64,000 nucleotides of DNA from Balanoglossus misakiensis (taxonomy: Eukaryota > Animalia > Hemichordata). Positions 11,038-24,000 of this stretch are shown here, piece after piece. How positions within the stretch are numbered: the first letter of the stretch is position 1; every line of letters starts with the position of its first letter. The DNA is taken from assembly GCA_040954595.2 (NCBI GenBank), contig CM082583.2, positions 8,306,849 through 8,370,848 on the forward strand, given 5' to 3'. The notes beneath the pieces are model-generated. The model did not search any database, was not told the DNA's origin, and saw only the letters and a list, made by a program, of their open reading frames with translations. Both the position numbers and the translations under genes were made by a program.

Positions 11038-13959
11038 CTCAGGCAATCACTGAAAAGTGTGCATAGAACTCCAGCATGAGGAGTTTCTAATTACTGGTCA
11101 AACACTACAGGTGAACAGATGCAAATGCTCCTCTCTCTTACACACAGTGGTCTTTTCGTAATTCTCATGGGGACAGACGTCTACACAGTGAATAATACAC
11201 AATGCGATGTACTATTCGAACCGCATAACCGGGTCTGGACTGGCCAGATAAACTTTCAAATGCTCTCATTGTGTGAGATCAGCGACATTAAATAAACAGA
11301 TCCCATGCGATGGAGGTTTGGCGGTTTCATCGAGTTCCCTTGCACGTACTGCATCGTATTGCTTCACGCTGGCAGAGCCGCAGAGCCATGTCCGCTCGAT
11401 ATCGAACCCCGTTTTCAAATTTGCGGTTTTTAAACAGACAGTGACTTCACTTTTGGGCATCGGATGCTTGCCGGGATTCGTTGAAAGCCGACATACCGTG
11501 ATATTGACACCACCATTTGTAACCTTGGCTGAATCCGGGTCCTTAAGTGACTAAAGGAACACGAGAAGAATTCGTACCCTCTGGTTTCGTTCAGCAAAAG
11601 ACGGGGCTTCCAACAAATGGAAGCAATATTTGCAGTCACTCACTCTGTTTTATATAAACATATCTTCAGGTTACTATAAACTGCACAAGAGCAGTTCTCT
11701 GGTAACAAGCTGTTTCGTGTTTTATTTTAGTATAAATATCACCACGTCACACGCAAAGCCAGAACCGCAAAGAGGTTTATGTAACTATGAACGTTGCCTG
11801 TCAGAAATATTCGTGCTGTGGACAGGTCCACAATAAACACACCGCCATCAGTTGCAAAGAAGATAAACGCGTTTGTTGCCGTGGGGACATTATTTTAATG
11901 GCGCTTTTTCACATTCGCCCGAGCATGTGTGTTTGGTTACAGACGTGAGTGTTAATATACATACCGGCTGATCAGCGGACTGGGACACGATTTGGTCACA
12001 ATTCAAAGATATCCAATCTCCAAATACATGTAGGCCTACATACTTGCATAGATGTACTATATAGCTCTTGGCGATATTAGGTTCATTTTATTACGTCAAG
12101 TACTGATAAAACTTAAATCACAATTTTAAAATGATATTCAGTGATTGTAAAATCACTAGTAATAGTTATAATCAATAAGATATGAATTACCCAGGGATGT
12201 GATCGTTCTGGCAGTTTTATTTCTGCCGGTGAAGCTATTATCTGCACCAGGAATTTCTTCAAGAATTTAGATTCCTACGAGTCACCGAACTGGGGACGAT
12301 TTGCAACGCATTAACACTCACCGTGAATATCGCAAAGCAAAAAGGAAATTCGAGTCATGGTGGTCCGGGGCGACTAAAACATTTCCGTAATCAATCGATA
12401 ACGCAAAACTGGTCGTTTAAAATGTTTCTCCATGCACTGTCGCACCTGATTGTACCATCGGCCACAATGGAACTGCGTACGTATAGGTATTGGCCAGACG
12501 ATTTATCTGAGATTGTGTAAAATCATATCCAGTCGGCTCCGAACTCCGATATCAGACCAAACAGAGATATAAGTAGACTCGGCTGTAAGCGACCAAAATA
12601 TCAAAGGAGCAAAAATAGAGTTGGAGACCAGAACGACTGCCGTTCAGTGGCACTTGTTTACTGTCGGTCAGTGCTGCGGCACATTCCAATCATTACATCC
12701 CGGATTTGCGTGAATGCACAGCCGCAAGGTGTAACACGACGACCGCGCCGAGCACAAAATAATCACTGTTGTGGACCTGTGTTTGAATGGACATATGTAA
12801 AACACAACAAGCAACAAAGAACGGGCTTTGTATCGGAAAAACACAGACTCTTATTACAGTGGTCAAGTGAAATCTGTTACTCATTTCTGTATCTTGCCGC
12901 AGCGTATGGGCGCCATTTACCGAGTACAAAAAACTTGACTGTCTGTGTGCCAGCGCACGGCGATAATTGGATTTCTCCCCTCAACCAATATGGTGTTAAT
13001 GAGCAGGTTTCCAAACAGACTACGCCAATTTCTCACTCTGACATGGGAGTGCCATCGCGTCTTTTGTGCACAGTTGGTAAAGTAAGCTGTCACTTGTGGA
13101 CGGTCAATAGATGGACGTGGACCACAAGCAAATGTCTTCTGCAGACAGCGTGTCTTTGTTGGTATAGCGAGTCTAATCTCTGGCGGTGTCTCGCTAATTT
13201 CCTCGGCACTCGATGTCAATGGCCATTTGGTTGAGTAGAGGAATACATTTTCATTATGTGCTGAAGCAGAGAGCTTTCTCATTTCTGCCCTTGCTTTTAC
13301 GTGACTTTGTTTAAACTACCTTCAAATATGGACCCGTTAGATTGAAAAGACCACGCAGGTGCCGATGGCTGCCGATGACGTGACGGTGTAATAAAATGAA
13401 TCATAAAAAAGAAACCTGTCTTCGTGGATCAATCGATGAAAGCAAAGCTCTAACTCGCGCATCAAGATCCATCTACGTGGCTCTTAACTGCGAAAGTCAT
13501 TTTCGTTTATTTATAAATATAAAGCCGTTTATATAGTGCGGACAGCGGTTCTTGAGGACGGGGCTTGAAAAGCCAGTTGAGCATTGTTAATAAAGCTTGT
13601 CGCTATACAAATGGGGCTTTTGATTCGCTCTTAGATTCGCATTTTCAGGCTAATGGGGCATTCATCGGGCACCGCTATTTGCGCGAACCGACGGCAACAT
13701 TGTGTGTGTCACCCAAATGCCATATAAACTCAAAATGGTTTATAGACTAAACAAAAAATGATCGTCTGCCGACGGCGATACTAAAATAAAAGCGGCACTC
13801 GCAGGCAAGATTTGCCAGATGTGTGTTTTTGCAGGATTCGTCCAACTCTCACCCGGGACGGTGGTCTTCTGAGATCAGACCTAGAGGTGAAAGTCTTCGA
13901 GACCTTCCAACTGGTGTCCACCAGGTACGCGTTTGATTAATTCAAGGACTACAACTCAC

Positions 13960-14011
13960 CACAAACGGAGCTGAAAAGGAGAAACCCCGTCAGTACCGGC
14001 CGGAGACCCAT
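13960..14011 (-). CDS. MAM-domain membrane protein, exon 1 (signal peptide)
   Basis: aaaacATGG start context, MGLRPVLTGFLLFSSVC+G|gtgagt, phase 1. Joins exon 2 to give signal peptide MGLRPVLTGFLLFSSVCGAFTA. Total CDS is 1245 nt (414 aa). Confidence 0.8.
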
Positions 14012-17000
14012 GTTTTCTCGGTGAGTGAGTGAGCGGGGCGTCTATACGCTTGTCCTCAGCAGACCAGTGGAAGCGAGACCTCGAGCCAGTCGGGTTGAAG
14101 ATGGCGTTGACTTGTATATCTGAATCACTTGAACAAAAAATCGCCGAGTTTATCCGTTAGTCAGTTCCGGTGGATTGTCTGTTAAAACCACAAAGTAAAG
14201 TGTTCAGCATGAAGACACCAGGAACTACTAGTATATAGTTACCATGTGGTCTGCCATTTCCACCGAAAGTTAAGACTGCCGTTAACGTCAGCGTTTTAGA
14301 AGACTGTCAACTGACACATGACTACGCACGACGACCTCCCAGTCCTCAATGCATAATACACACTAATTACTCCCGGTATGTCCATTCAAATGACAGGGGC
14401 TTGGCTTGGAGCGTATTGGGTTACACACCCATCGGAAAGGGAAATCCCTCACTTCACTGAATTTGCCCAATGACGTCACAGTCTACGAGGAGTTTGATTT
14501 TTTGGCCCCGTCATAAATGTCTCAGTGACCTGGTCATTTCGGTCATCCGAATAGTGCATTGTGGGATAGCCCACGTTTAAAGTTTTGTTATGACAGTCAG
14601 AGGTATGGTATTGGAACAGGCTTTTATAACATCATTGCCGTTTCCCCTTCTTTCTACGAATGAAACCTGCGACAGTGATGCAAAAAAAATCACAGTCACT
14701 CTGTCCATTCGGCCAAAGATGATGGTCTCCCAAAGACCATCGGAAAAGTTCTTCTATTGGTACTAGGAGTTTAAGTTTACATATCAGCCTAGTTTAGTGG
14801 CCGTACAAGCGAAACAAAACGATTTTTATTGCCATCGTGCTGTATGGATCGCGGCAGAACAACATTAAAACATATCATGTTTCCAGTTTCCAAGTTTATC
14901 GCTCACTGTTTAAAGAGACCGTATGGCATTCCAGTTATGGTGACCTTGACTTTTTAACTCCGGGGTGAGATTCGGCGGTGCTAGCCGCTGTGTGGTATGG
15001 GAAACAATCAGCCGACCAATCATCAAAATATCAAGCTACCATTATTTTGTCATGTCTTAAAGTGGTGATCAATTTTTTATTCGTATAATGGCTTGCTCGA
15101 ACAACAAACAAACATATGATCCCTTCGATGTCTCTTTGATCAATGCAGACGTGATGATAGTAGAGTATTCTGCGGTTCCTTGGGGTAGAATTCCAGAGTT
15201 GTCTTTGTTGAGTGATAAAACTGAACCATTATGCCCGACTTACGAGGAGAAAACTTACTCGGGGTCGCGTTGTGAGCTGACCTCAAATGATATTATGAAG
15301 GTGGCGGACTGCGGCTTCAATAGAAAATACAAGAGCTTTAAACTTGCGATAGTTGGTCTTGTAAGTCAATCCAGACGATCGATATCCCTATGTGGAACCC
15401 CCCTCCCCGACAGCACTTGCACAGGTGAAAGGACCTTGCGGTTGAGCATTGCTGCGTGATCGTCGGTAAATTTGAATTTGCCGTCATCGTTGAGACATCA
15501 TTCTCTATAGATCTCGTGGTATCGACAGAGTGCGGAATCGATGCGTGTAGTCCTGTACGGCAACCCTGAGAAGTATCACGTGACGGATTAGAGATAAAAC
15601 CGCGACATCAAATGGTAAACCGAGTAATAACTGACAGCCTTATGTGAGGCCGTTACTTTTATACGGGTAAGAAGGGTATCAATTTTGACAACACAGTCAT
15701 GAATGTTCTTCATTCAAAATATTGAGATGATGGAAAGGCGTCCGTTGCGTCAAATTGTACGCCTTCTCTGTGCATTCTGATAACTCAACCGTCCTGCATG
15801 TGCGAGCATGTGTGAAAGCATCTAAAATTGCCTTCTGAGAACTATGCCCCCAGCGTCCGTAATGCAAATATATGTACTCTTTTCTACATGGCGCATTTCT
15901 GCGCAGTCAGGTGTATCAGGCCACAATATTAAACGAACAGCCAGAGATTGTTTCGTGGCTATGATATAAAAAGTATGCACTTTACGTGGAAGAATATCAA
16001 CCCATTTTAGAAATTTACTTGTGAGCTTACTAGCGAAATCCAAAATGATACAACTAAAGGGGCTAGCTTTAAGCATTCAAAAACATTCTATACTCGCACT
16101 TTTTGTTAAAATTATCAATTTATTTCGTCTACATGAGTTGTTATGTTCAAATGATATTTATTCTGGATGGGCGTCTATAAACGTCCACCATACCAAAACT
16201 TCCAAAATATACCAAAGTCCCCTGTATATGTCCACACGGTGTCTTGTATCATATCTTGCTGCCAGGCGACATGTCCGCGCAAACATTGAAGCAGTCCGGA
16301 GGTCGTCGACGGGAGTGTAAATGATAATAAAAATTGGGTGATGCAGAGTGCAACATTTAGAAACTGTACTTTGATCACGCTGATTAAAGTATGGCGTAAT
16401 CTTCTAAAGTTCCTGCAAAATATCAGCATAATCTTGCGCTGGGTGGTTGTACTGACCAACACTATAGATAACGAGAATGAAGAGGTGTGAAAGAATTTAA
16501 AATAGGTTCGAAGTCTATATATTGTAATGGTTTTGTTTAGATTCATGGGTTTGATATGAGAGTATACCGAACGCGGGTTGATCCCAGAAAGACATTTTGA
16601 ACATTTGGATGGGTTAAATAGAGATAATAGAAAAACTTTGCAAACAATGCAAAGTGCGCCTTGAAGACGATAGTTACATATGCATAGGTGTACTTGAAAT
16701 GAAGGCACCAGCTCACGTCATCACGTCTCCGAACCATTCACCGATTCTGAAAATTGTTGAAGTGGCGAGTGTAATTTACATTTCAAACGCCCAGAATTAA
16801 ATGGTTCGAATGAGGTACAGACTATTGTGTAACGTGACTGCACAAATCTTCCAGTCGTTAACGCCGTGTTGACAAATTCGCCCAGAGGCCGGGCGACATC
16901 GCCGTAGTCCCGACTGTCCGTGGGACAAAACTGAATACTGCGTCAGCGGTAACGTGTTAACTCTCGTCACAGTTGAACAGAATGTTGAAATAATCTTTGG

Positions 17001-17326
17001 TGTTTTAGTGCGAAGGGTCTTCTGTATTTGTTTGCCAGTATCGTTAGAAATGATTTACATATAGCGGTGTGTAAAAGTTACGACCAAACTTTGGTGAATG
17101 GTGGCATCGATTTAGACGTTTCTTCCCTAATAAAAAGGCATTGTGACTATACGTCATACTTTTGAAACTGTGATGTAACTTTTGGCTGCTAGCGATATTC
17201 GTCTTGAAGTTCTTCTCCAAAATTGGCCAATACTGGGGAGATTTCAGCAATAGCGCTGAGCCGAATTTTTGGTAAATTATTTTCCCCTTCCAGAAGGGCA
17301 GCACACTGCCACTCCTCCTCATGTTG

Positions 17327-18145
17327 CTATGGATACGGAGCTCCTGTCATTTCCTCCAGCAGGGTCCACAATTTTTGCCTGGTCTTTAATTTGTAAGAGA
17401 CTTCTGCCGAGCGACTTTCTCGTTTGCGCACGTAGTATCCACCGGAGACTTTTGCAAACATCGGCTCGCTGGCCATCAGGTAGACGCTGTCGGCTTCCTC
17501 GGGCGGCATGCCGTAGAATTTCCAGCCAGCGTGCAAGAGTTCGGTGTCGACCATACCCGGGTCCAGGGTGTTGACGGCGATGCTGAACGGCTGCAGCCGT
17601 TCGGCCAGCTCGTACGTCATGATAATTGCACAGAGTTTCGACATTTCGTAGGCGGTGATGCCGTCGTACGATTTCTCGAGCTGCAGGTCGGTGAAATCGA
17701 GGCAGTGCGAATGTTGCATCGAGCCGACGACGATAACTCTGCTGTCTCCCTGGTTCTTCGGCAGCAAGTCCAGCAAAAGGAAGGTCAGCAAAAACGGCGC
17801 CAGAACATTGACAGCGAAAGTCATTTCGTACCCGTCGACGGATTCTCTCCGCTTATCTTCGAAGACGGCCGCGTTGTGGACTAACACGTCGATGCGGTCA
17901 TACTTGTCGTGGATGTCCCTCGAAAGTTGCCGGATCTGCTGGAAAGATGACAAGTCGGCCAGAAACAAGTCGATGTTCGGATTCCCCGTCTCCGCCTTCA
18001 ACCTCCTGACCAATGTCTCGCCCTTGAGTTCGTTCCGTCCGTGCACGATCACCGTGGCGCCGTCCAGTGCCAGGCGGCGGGCCGTCGCTTTTCCGAGTCC
18101 GTCAGTGGAGCCAGTGACGAGGTAGATTCGTCCTGCCAGCGCCAT
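17327..18145 (-). CDS. Short-chain dehydrogenase/reductase (retinol dehydrogenase/WWOX-like classical SDR), single coding exon, 272 aa
   Basis: TGSTDGLG (TGxxxGxG), ADLSS, HNAA, catalytic Ser region VVGS, YEMSK (YxxxK), DPGMVDT, C-terminal QKLWTLLEEMTG. Confidence 0.93.
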   Translation of the reverse strand: MALAGRIYLVTGSTDGLGKATARRLALDGATVIVHGRNELKGETLVRRLKAETGNPNIDLFLADLSSFQQIRQLSRDIHDKYDRIDVLVHNAAVFEDKRRESVDGYEMTFAVNVLAPFLLTFLLLDLLPKNQGDSRVIVVGSMQHSHCLDFTDLQLEKSYDGITAYEMSKLCAIIMTYELAERLQPFSIAVNTLDPGMVDTELLHAGWKFYGMPPEEADSVYLMASEPMFAKVSGGYYVRKRESRSAEVSYKLKTRQKLWTLLEEMTGAPYP

Positions 18146-20093
18146 GTTGCGTTGCGTTGCACTGTTGAACCCGTCACGCCTGTGCGATCACCACCAAACC
18201 AAGTAACAATAACATCGCAATATATTTAACGCCGGTCAACATTTACTGCTTTGAGCATGTCGAGCGAGCAGTGATTACAGGAATATGCAGCAGTGAATAC
18301 TAAGCGTTGGACCGGAGCCAACAGCGCACCGATCGATAATAACGATACCCCTTTACCCTCTGGCTAGTTTGTTCAAACGAGGATGCTTTTTTTGCTCGCT
18401 AATTTATTTCTTTTTCTAGTACTTACCAGGCATGACAACGCCAGGTAAAATGACAACCCTTACACCAGTCTATTAAAGGTGTCGATCCTGTCATGTAGAC
18501 CTGTTGCATTTAATCGAAAAGGCTGACCTGGTTTAGGACCACTCCACCGTCACATAGCGCGACGCCCGTATCCTAGAAACGAGCGCATAGAGTATGCAAA
18601 TCAAACATCATACTCGCTATGAAATGGTTTTATATAGTATCTCGGGATATTACTTATATTTGTCAGACGAAAAAATTATGCACCAATTATATCCACCCGG
18701 GTTTTTTGCTCTGTGGGGGCACTCTAGCGTCAAGTGGTGATATTTGTTGCGCAGTTTGTGTTAGCTACTCTTAACATATTTATGACTACACAGGTGCAAA
18801 GTTTAAGTGCATTGAGGTGTTGATGCCATCCGTAATCTACTGGATTTTCGGATTTGTCGCGACCACTCAATATTTTGAACATCTGCTATATATTATTCGT
18901 GAATATAGCGGGGATTTCTCTGATAAGTGACAGCCCGCTGCCGTCGATCCGTCCGTTTGTCTGCTGTCCCCATCGCCGCGGTCCAAGTTTTTAACTTTTC
19001 AGACTGTAAAACTTGAATGGGGTTTCGATAGTACATAATTTTATTCAGATTTCTTCAAATCGTTTCAAAATTACCAAAAAACAACATCATTTTTTTCTTT
19101 TAAGTATTCTTCCCCAAAAGTGCTTGGTCAGATTGTGACACACGTTGGATGACGATAAAAACGCGTGTTGTAAACGGATAGTCGTTTGCAATTCCATCCG
19201 ACAGGCCAATCACAGAAATCCATTTTTTTTCAAAGTTAGCCATGACGCAATTGAGAATAATTCCTTTGGGGTCGTTGTTAAATTCGCTGTCAATCATAAC
19301 TTGTTGAATGTACCAGCACTAACACATTACAGGTGGTGGATAGGTACAGCACCGATCACCGGCACCACCATAACGCATACAAGTCTGCATCAGTACAAGT
19401 ATAAACTCTCCTGTCCATTGAGGGCGCACTACGAAGACCATCGCCCACTGAAGCAAAGATGAAGATGATAGTAATATCTTCGACCGGATAATCTTTATGC
19501 GAGTTTGCTTCTTGTTGAAAGGCATTCGAAAAGATGGACCGTGCTCAATCGAATCGTAGACGGGGAGGATCACTTTTAGAACGACTCTAAATTCCTCCGA
19601 ACCACGTAGGCCTAGGCCTATAGACCACCCGTATTAAATTACTGAAAACGAAAACTCCCTTTTATTTTTGAAGGGTGGGCGTATGAATTTGCGTGCCCAT
19701 CCGGGTTAATGATGTATATTTGTAATGACTGATCCCTTCCTAATATCACACCGTTCGTCAGTGCAGATCTGTAGGCCCTAGCATTGGTGGAGTCATACAT
19801 TTTCTTGCTACTGTTAAAAGTGGGTAAAGATCCACGCGCCACGCCCCTTTTACAGACGTTGTTAACCTACAGTCGTAACACACATAACCCTTGAATGAAC
19901 CACAAAAAATCCAGTCGGCTGTTCTGCTGCCCCCTAGAGATGTTTGTGAACAAACACGCAGCTGTTTGTTGACATTTTACGTATTCAGCCGGAGGAAATT
20001 CGCCTCTCAAGCTTTTGCTGGGATAGAAACCGATAGGAAGCCCCCTTGTGACAGTTTGTAAAAGGTCAAAGTTGATCCTGCTGACTGATCTGC

Positions 20094-20126
20094 ACGTCAC
20101 GTCACACACAGTCAACAAGATGGCGG
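20094..20126 (+). promoter_or_regulatory. Putative CHSY1 proximal promoter: tandem CRE-like CACGTCACGTCA plus YY1 motif CAAGATGGCGG
   Basis: Motifs lie ~150-180 bp upstream of the CHSY1 ATG in a CpG-rich stretch. The YY1 consensus is at 20116-20126. Confidence 0.4.
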
Positions 20127-20273
20127 TGAACGTACGGTGTGTCTGTCGTCTGTGTCCTTTCTCCTGATCTCGTCAACCATGCGGTTGAAAAGTTTGCCAC
20201 AGACCCAGTTTATGTAAGCAGGTGATTGTAGGCGCGTGGCTCAGGGAGCCTGTTTCAGGCGGCTGCGAACAAG

Positions 20274-21032
20274 ATGATGAGACGAAGCCGCGGCTGTCCA
20301 CGAAAACTTTGGAGCATCTTTATGGGACTGCTCTGTGGGTTCTTCTTTGCAACATGGCTGCGTCTTCGAGTGGTGCCGATAGTGACGGTAGGAAGTTGTT
20401 ACGACCTGCAAGTGGACGACGTTGCAGCCGAGATGAGAACGCAGAAGCCACCAGACACTGGCAAGAATTTTATTTTCGTCGGCGTGATGACCGCCAAAAA
20501 GTATTTAGCGACCAGAGCAGCGACTGTGAACAGGACTTGGGCGAAGAGTATCCCCGGCAAAGTTTCCTTTTTCTCGAGTGCCGATTCCAACTCTTCGCGT
20601 CTTGGTTTGCCGCTGGTCAGCTTGCCCGGAGTTGACGATAGCTACCCGCCGCAGAAAAAGTCATTCATGATGCTCAAGTACATGCACGACAATTACATCG
20701 ACAAATACGAATGGTTCATGCGAGCGGACGACGATGTCTTCGTGCGAGGCAACAAGCTCGAAAGTTTCTTGCGATCGGTGAACAGCAGCGAAAGCTTGTT
20801 CATCGGACAGGCCGGGCTGGGGAACGAAGAGGAGTTCGGAAAGTTGTTTTTGAACCACGGCGAGAATTTCTGCATGGGTGGGCCTGGAATGATCTTCAGT
20901 CGAGACACTCTTAGGCGAATCGTCCCAAATATCAGTCACTGCTTGAAGAATTTGTACAGTACCCACGAAGACGTTGAAGTCGGGAGATGTGTAAAGAAGT
21001 TTGCTGGGGTAGACTGTACGTGGTCGTACGAG
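20274..21032 (+). CDS. CHSY1: Chondroitin sulfate synthase 1, exon 1 (type II TM anchor and GT31 beta-1,3-GlcA transferase domain)
   Basis: FIFVGVMTAKKYLATRA, RTWAKSIPGKV, LPGVDDSYPPQKKSFMMLKYMHD, WFMRADDD, FCMGGPG, HEDVEVGRCV, CTWSYE|gtatgt. 759 nt, phase 0. Confidence 0.95.
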
Positions 21033-24000
21033 GTATGTACTGTACGATGCGATGCTAGACGCTACTGTACTGCTAGCAACGTTTCTGCAAGTTGCAATGA
21101 TTATAGCGGGTTGACTGCTAGGTAAAGCTGCGATCAACATTCGTCAACCTGGCAGTACCCGCTACAATCACTGCAGCTACGTTTCTTAACTTTGAAATCA
21201 TTCTTTAACTTTGATTGAACACAGACTGTCATACTAGTAGATTATTTGAAATCGTGTCGCCACGTGTGCGTGTTTCGGAAGTAAAGAATGTCGACGCAAC
21301 TGTGATCACACAAATGAGGTTGTCTTCACACTTTAGACAGTGTCGCTCACTTGCGTGCTGTCGAGGTCGTACAACACGAAGGCAGCGTCATTTGTGAACC
21401 ACTACTTGTAACTAGTACAAATATTGACGTGCAGCCTGTAGTCGTTTTTCTTGGGGGGGGGGGGGGGGAATCACACATTTGGAGTTGTCACTGAAAAGTT
21501 TCAACTGAGAAGTGAGGTAGCAAATATGATATATTTTGGGGGCTGCAAGTTGACTCCAAATGTCATTTAATGAACAGACTGAGAGGATTTTGTTTCTTGT
21601 TTGTAGATGTGCTGAAACTTGTGAAAGTTAAATTACTTTTAAAAATGATTGGATATTGAATAGTAGTATTCTTTAGGCTTATCGTAGAACTCTCCTGAGT
21701 CTATCGGCTTGCACTGGTAGGAAACACACCAGACCTGTTCTGATGACCACAGGAAGCCAAGTACCTGTTACAATCAGGGTGTGAAAGAGGGTATACATTT
21801 AAACATCCTCAGTTCCATGCTCTGTCTGAGGTGTGAACAACTGTGCCATGAATTGAAATCATGGCATGAAATCTCAGTCCCTAACATAAATTATGTGTTG
21901 CCATAGCAATAACAACATTCACATGTTCCCCTTGTTCACTACATGAGGTGTGAAATCTGTAGCCTGTAGCTGTCTGTTCTATCCAATGTGGCATACTTCT
22001 GACTTGACTTGTGAAGATCGACCTTGACTCCTTGACACTGACAGCATCATAACACTTGCTGACCCCAAGGAATTTTCACCAAATAATTCTCTTATTGACT
22101 CCTCAGTGCTTGGAAATTGGTTTCTTTCAAGGGCACATTAGTTATTACCAGTATATCAATCTGAGAGAAACGCTTAATTTTCTTGAAGATGATATCGTAG
22201 ATTATGATTTGATATAGGTGCTTTACAACAGCTGTACTTCGGATAATATTATGAGATGACTTTATTCAGAAGTTGGATGTACAGGATGTATAATAACAAC
22301 AGTTGATTGTGAAGCCAACCTTGGAGAAAAATGCCTTGTTTGCTCATTAAAGGGACTAAACAACAGGTTGTGGCCACATATTGTTTATAAGGGCTTTGTT
22401 TAGAGAAACAGACCTGTTTAATATTTTTTTGATCTCAACTGAGCGAGATACATGAATGTACCTTGTTGGGGAAATGCGTAAATTATGCGAGTTGGAACTG
22501 CTGCTATTTCTGTTACATCACCTGCAATATCATTTTCAGGTTTCTACGTGCTCAAACACAACTACAAGTATGTACAAACTAAGTTTAGATAATAAATTAA
22601 ATACAAGCTATTGTGTTTTCAGGCAATCTCGGAGATACTGTAGCTAGTTTCACTTAAAAGCGGAAACAAAAAATGTGCATATTAATTAACATTAAGGCAA
22701 GTCTGTGCAACTCGCAATCTTGCACTGATTTGAAAATATTTGTGACATCTGTGTGATATAACCAGGGAATAAAGTTCAAACACATGTATACATTCATAGG
22801 CAGACAAAGCTGTTGTTTCTGATAACTTCCGAAATTATGTGTGTACATGAGCAGTGCATGTGATGTTACCACTGCAAGCTCCGGACATGTACATGTAATG
22901 AGCATGAAAGCGTCACTCTTGTTTTACTGCTCTCTTATGCTGTTCAATATTCCGCGACAAGTAATAGGAACCATATTGTGGTCACTGGCAGAGATCAGAG
23001 AGGTTTGACAAAAGTCAAAAGGGTTCTTTTTCGCCAACCTGAACCTGTTCGCACGTACTGTAAATTTGCAGAAGGTGGGTCAGAGCTCGGACCCACGACC
23101 AGCCTGTAGCCGACAATTGTGAACACAGCTTTATATCTGTGTCAGAAAATGCATAAATCCTTGCGAAGTCAGGTGAGGACGCGAATGTACATAAATCCTC
23201 CCTAAAGCCAAGGAAAGACAACTGTGTCATTCAAAGAACTGGACCATTTGATCCCCTGGTGGTGTGATCTTTACGCGTTGGGGTGGGTGATCTTTCTCAT
23301 GCCAGACTTGCCAAGGGATCAGAATCAGTCTAACCCCGTCGCCCAGTTCCCATCGTATTTAGGTTCAGCTGGGGCGTTGTTAACACAAGGGGGTGTACCA
23401 CATGGCAAGCAACGACGACAGGGTTAACAAGAAGTCTCTTCCACATGAAACTGATGCCAGTACACGAACAGACTCTATGCCCAGAACAACAGCATGTACC
23501 CATCCGAAAATGACTATTCCATGATTCCTAAGGCTTTCTCAGTCTCTGGGTCATGCGGCTTACAATTACGCCCCCCGCTTGGCACATGGCTGTAAGAAAG
23601 CTAGCCTGCATGCTTGCATGAAGTGTACAGTACAATAGAGCTCTATAGGCAGTTCTCATATTACCTTTCAGCTTTCAGCGAAAGTCTATAGAATGGCTAG
23701 ACTGTCGGTTTACCTGGACTTGTAGGTGAGACTGTCCACAAACAGAGTGTGTGGTAGAAACTCTCACAGTGGTCACGTACATGTAGTAGGTACACCACAG
23801 GAAACAGACGAGAACGGTGCACAAGAGTACTATGTCAAGTGTTGTGTATAAATAAAAAAACACACACATGAAGAACTGGATCTCGAGTAGTGGCCTTTAC
23901 ATGACCAAGTATTTACAAGTAAATATTTCAGAATGTGTCACGTTCCTGTCATCAAGATGGTTGCCCCGTATGCTAGAAAGATGTTTAGAAATGTGAATAT

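Noticed and set aside
12647-13282. 195-aa and 121-aa ORFs in MAM intron 1, and the many short ORFs in the CHSY1 intron
   Set aside because: No recognisable domains, coding bias or consistent splice phases.
21453-21468. Poly-G runs (G16 here, G14 at 36558-36571) and a GA tract near 52662-52686
   Set aside because: Ordinary simple repeats with no evidence of function.
23060-23110. B-box-like sequence suggesting a tRNA or SINE (also ggttcgaattc near 24271)
   Set aside because: No cloverleaf or A-box pairing could be built.
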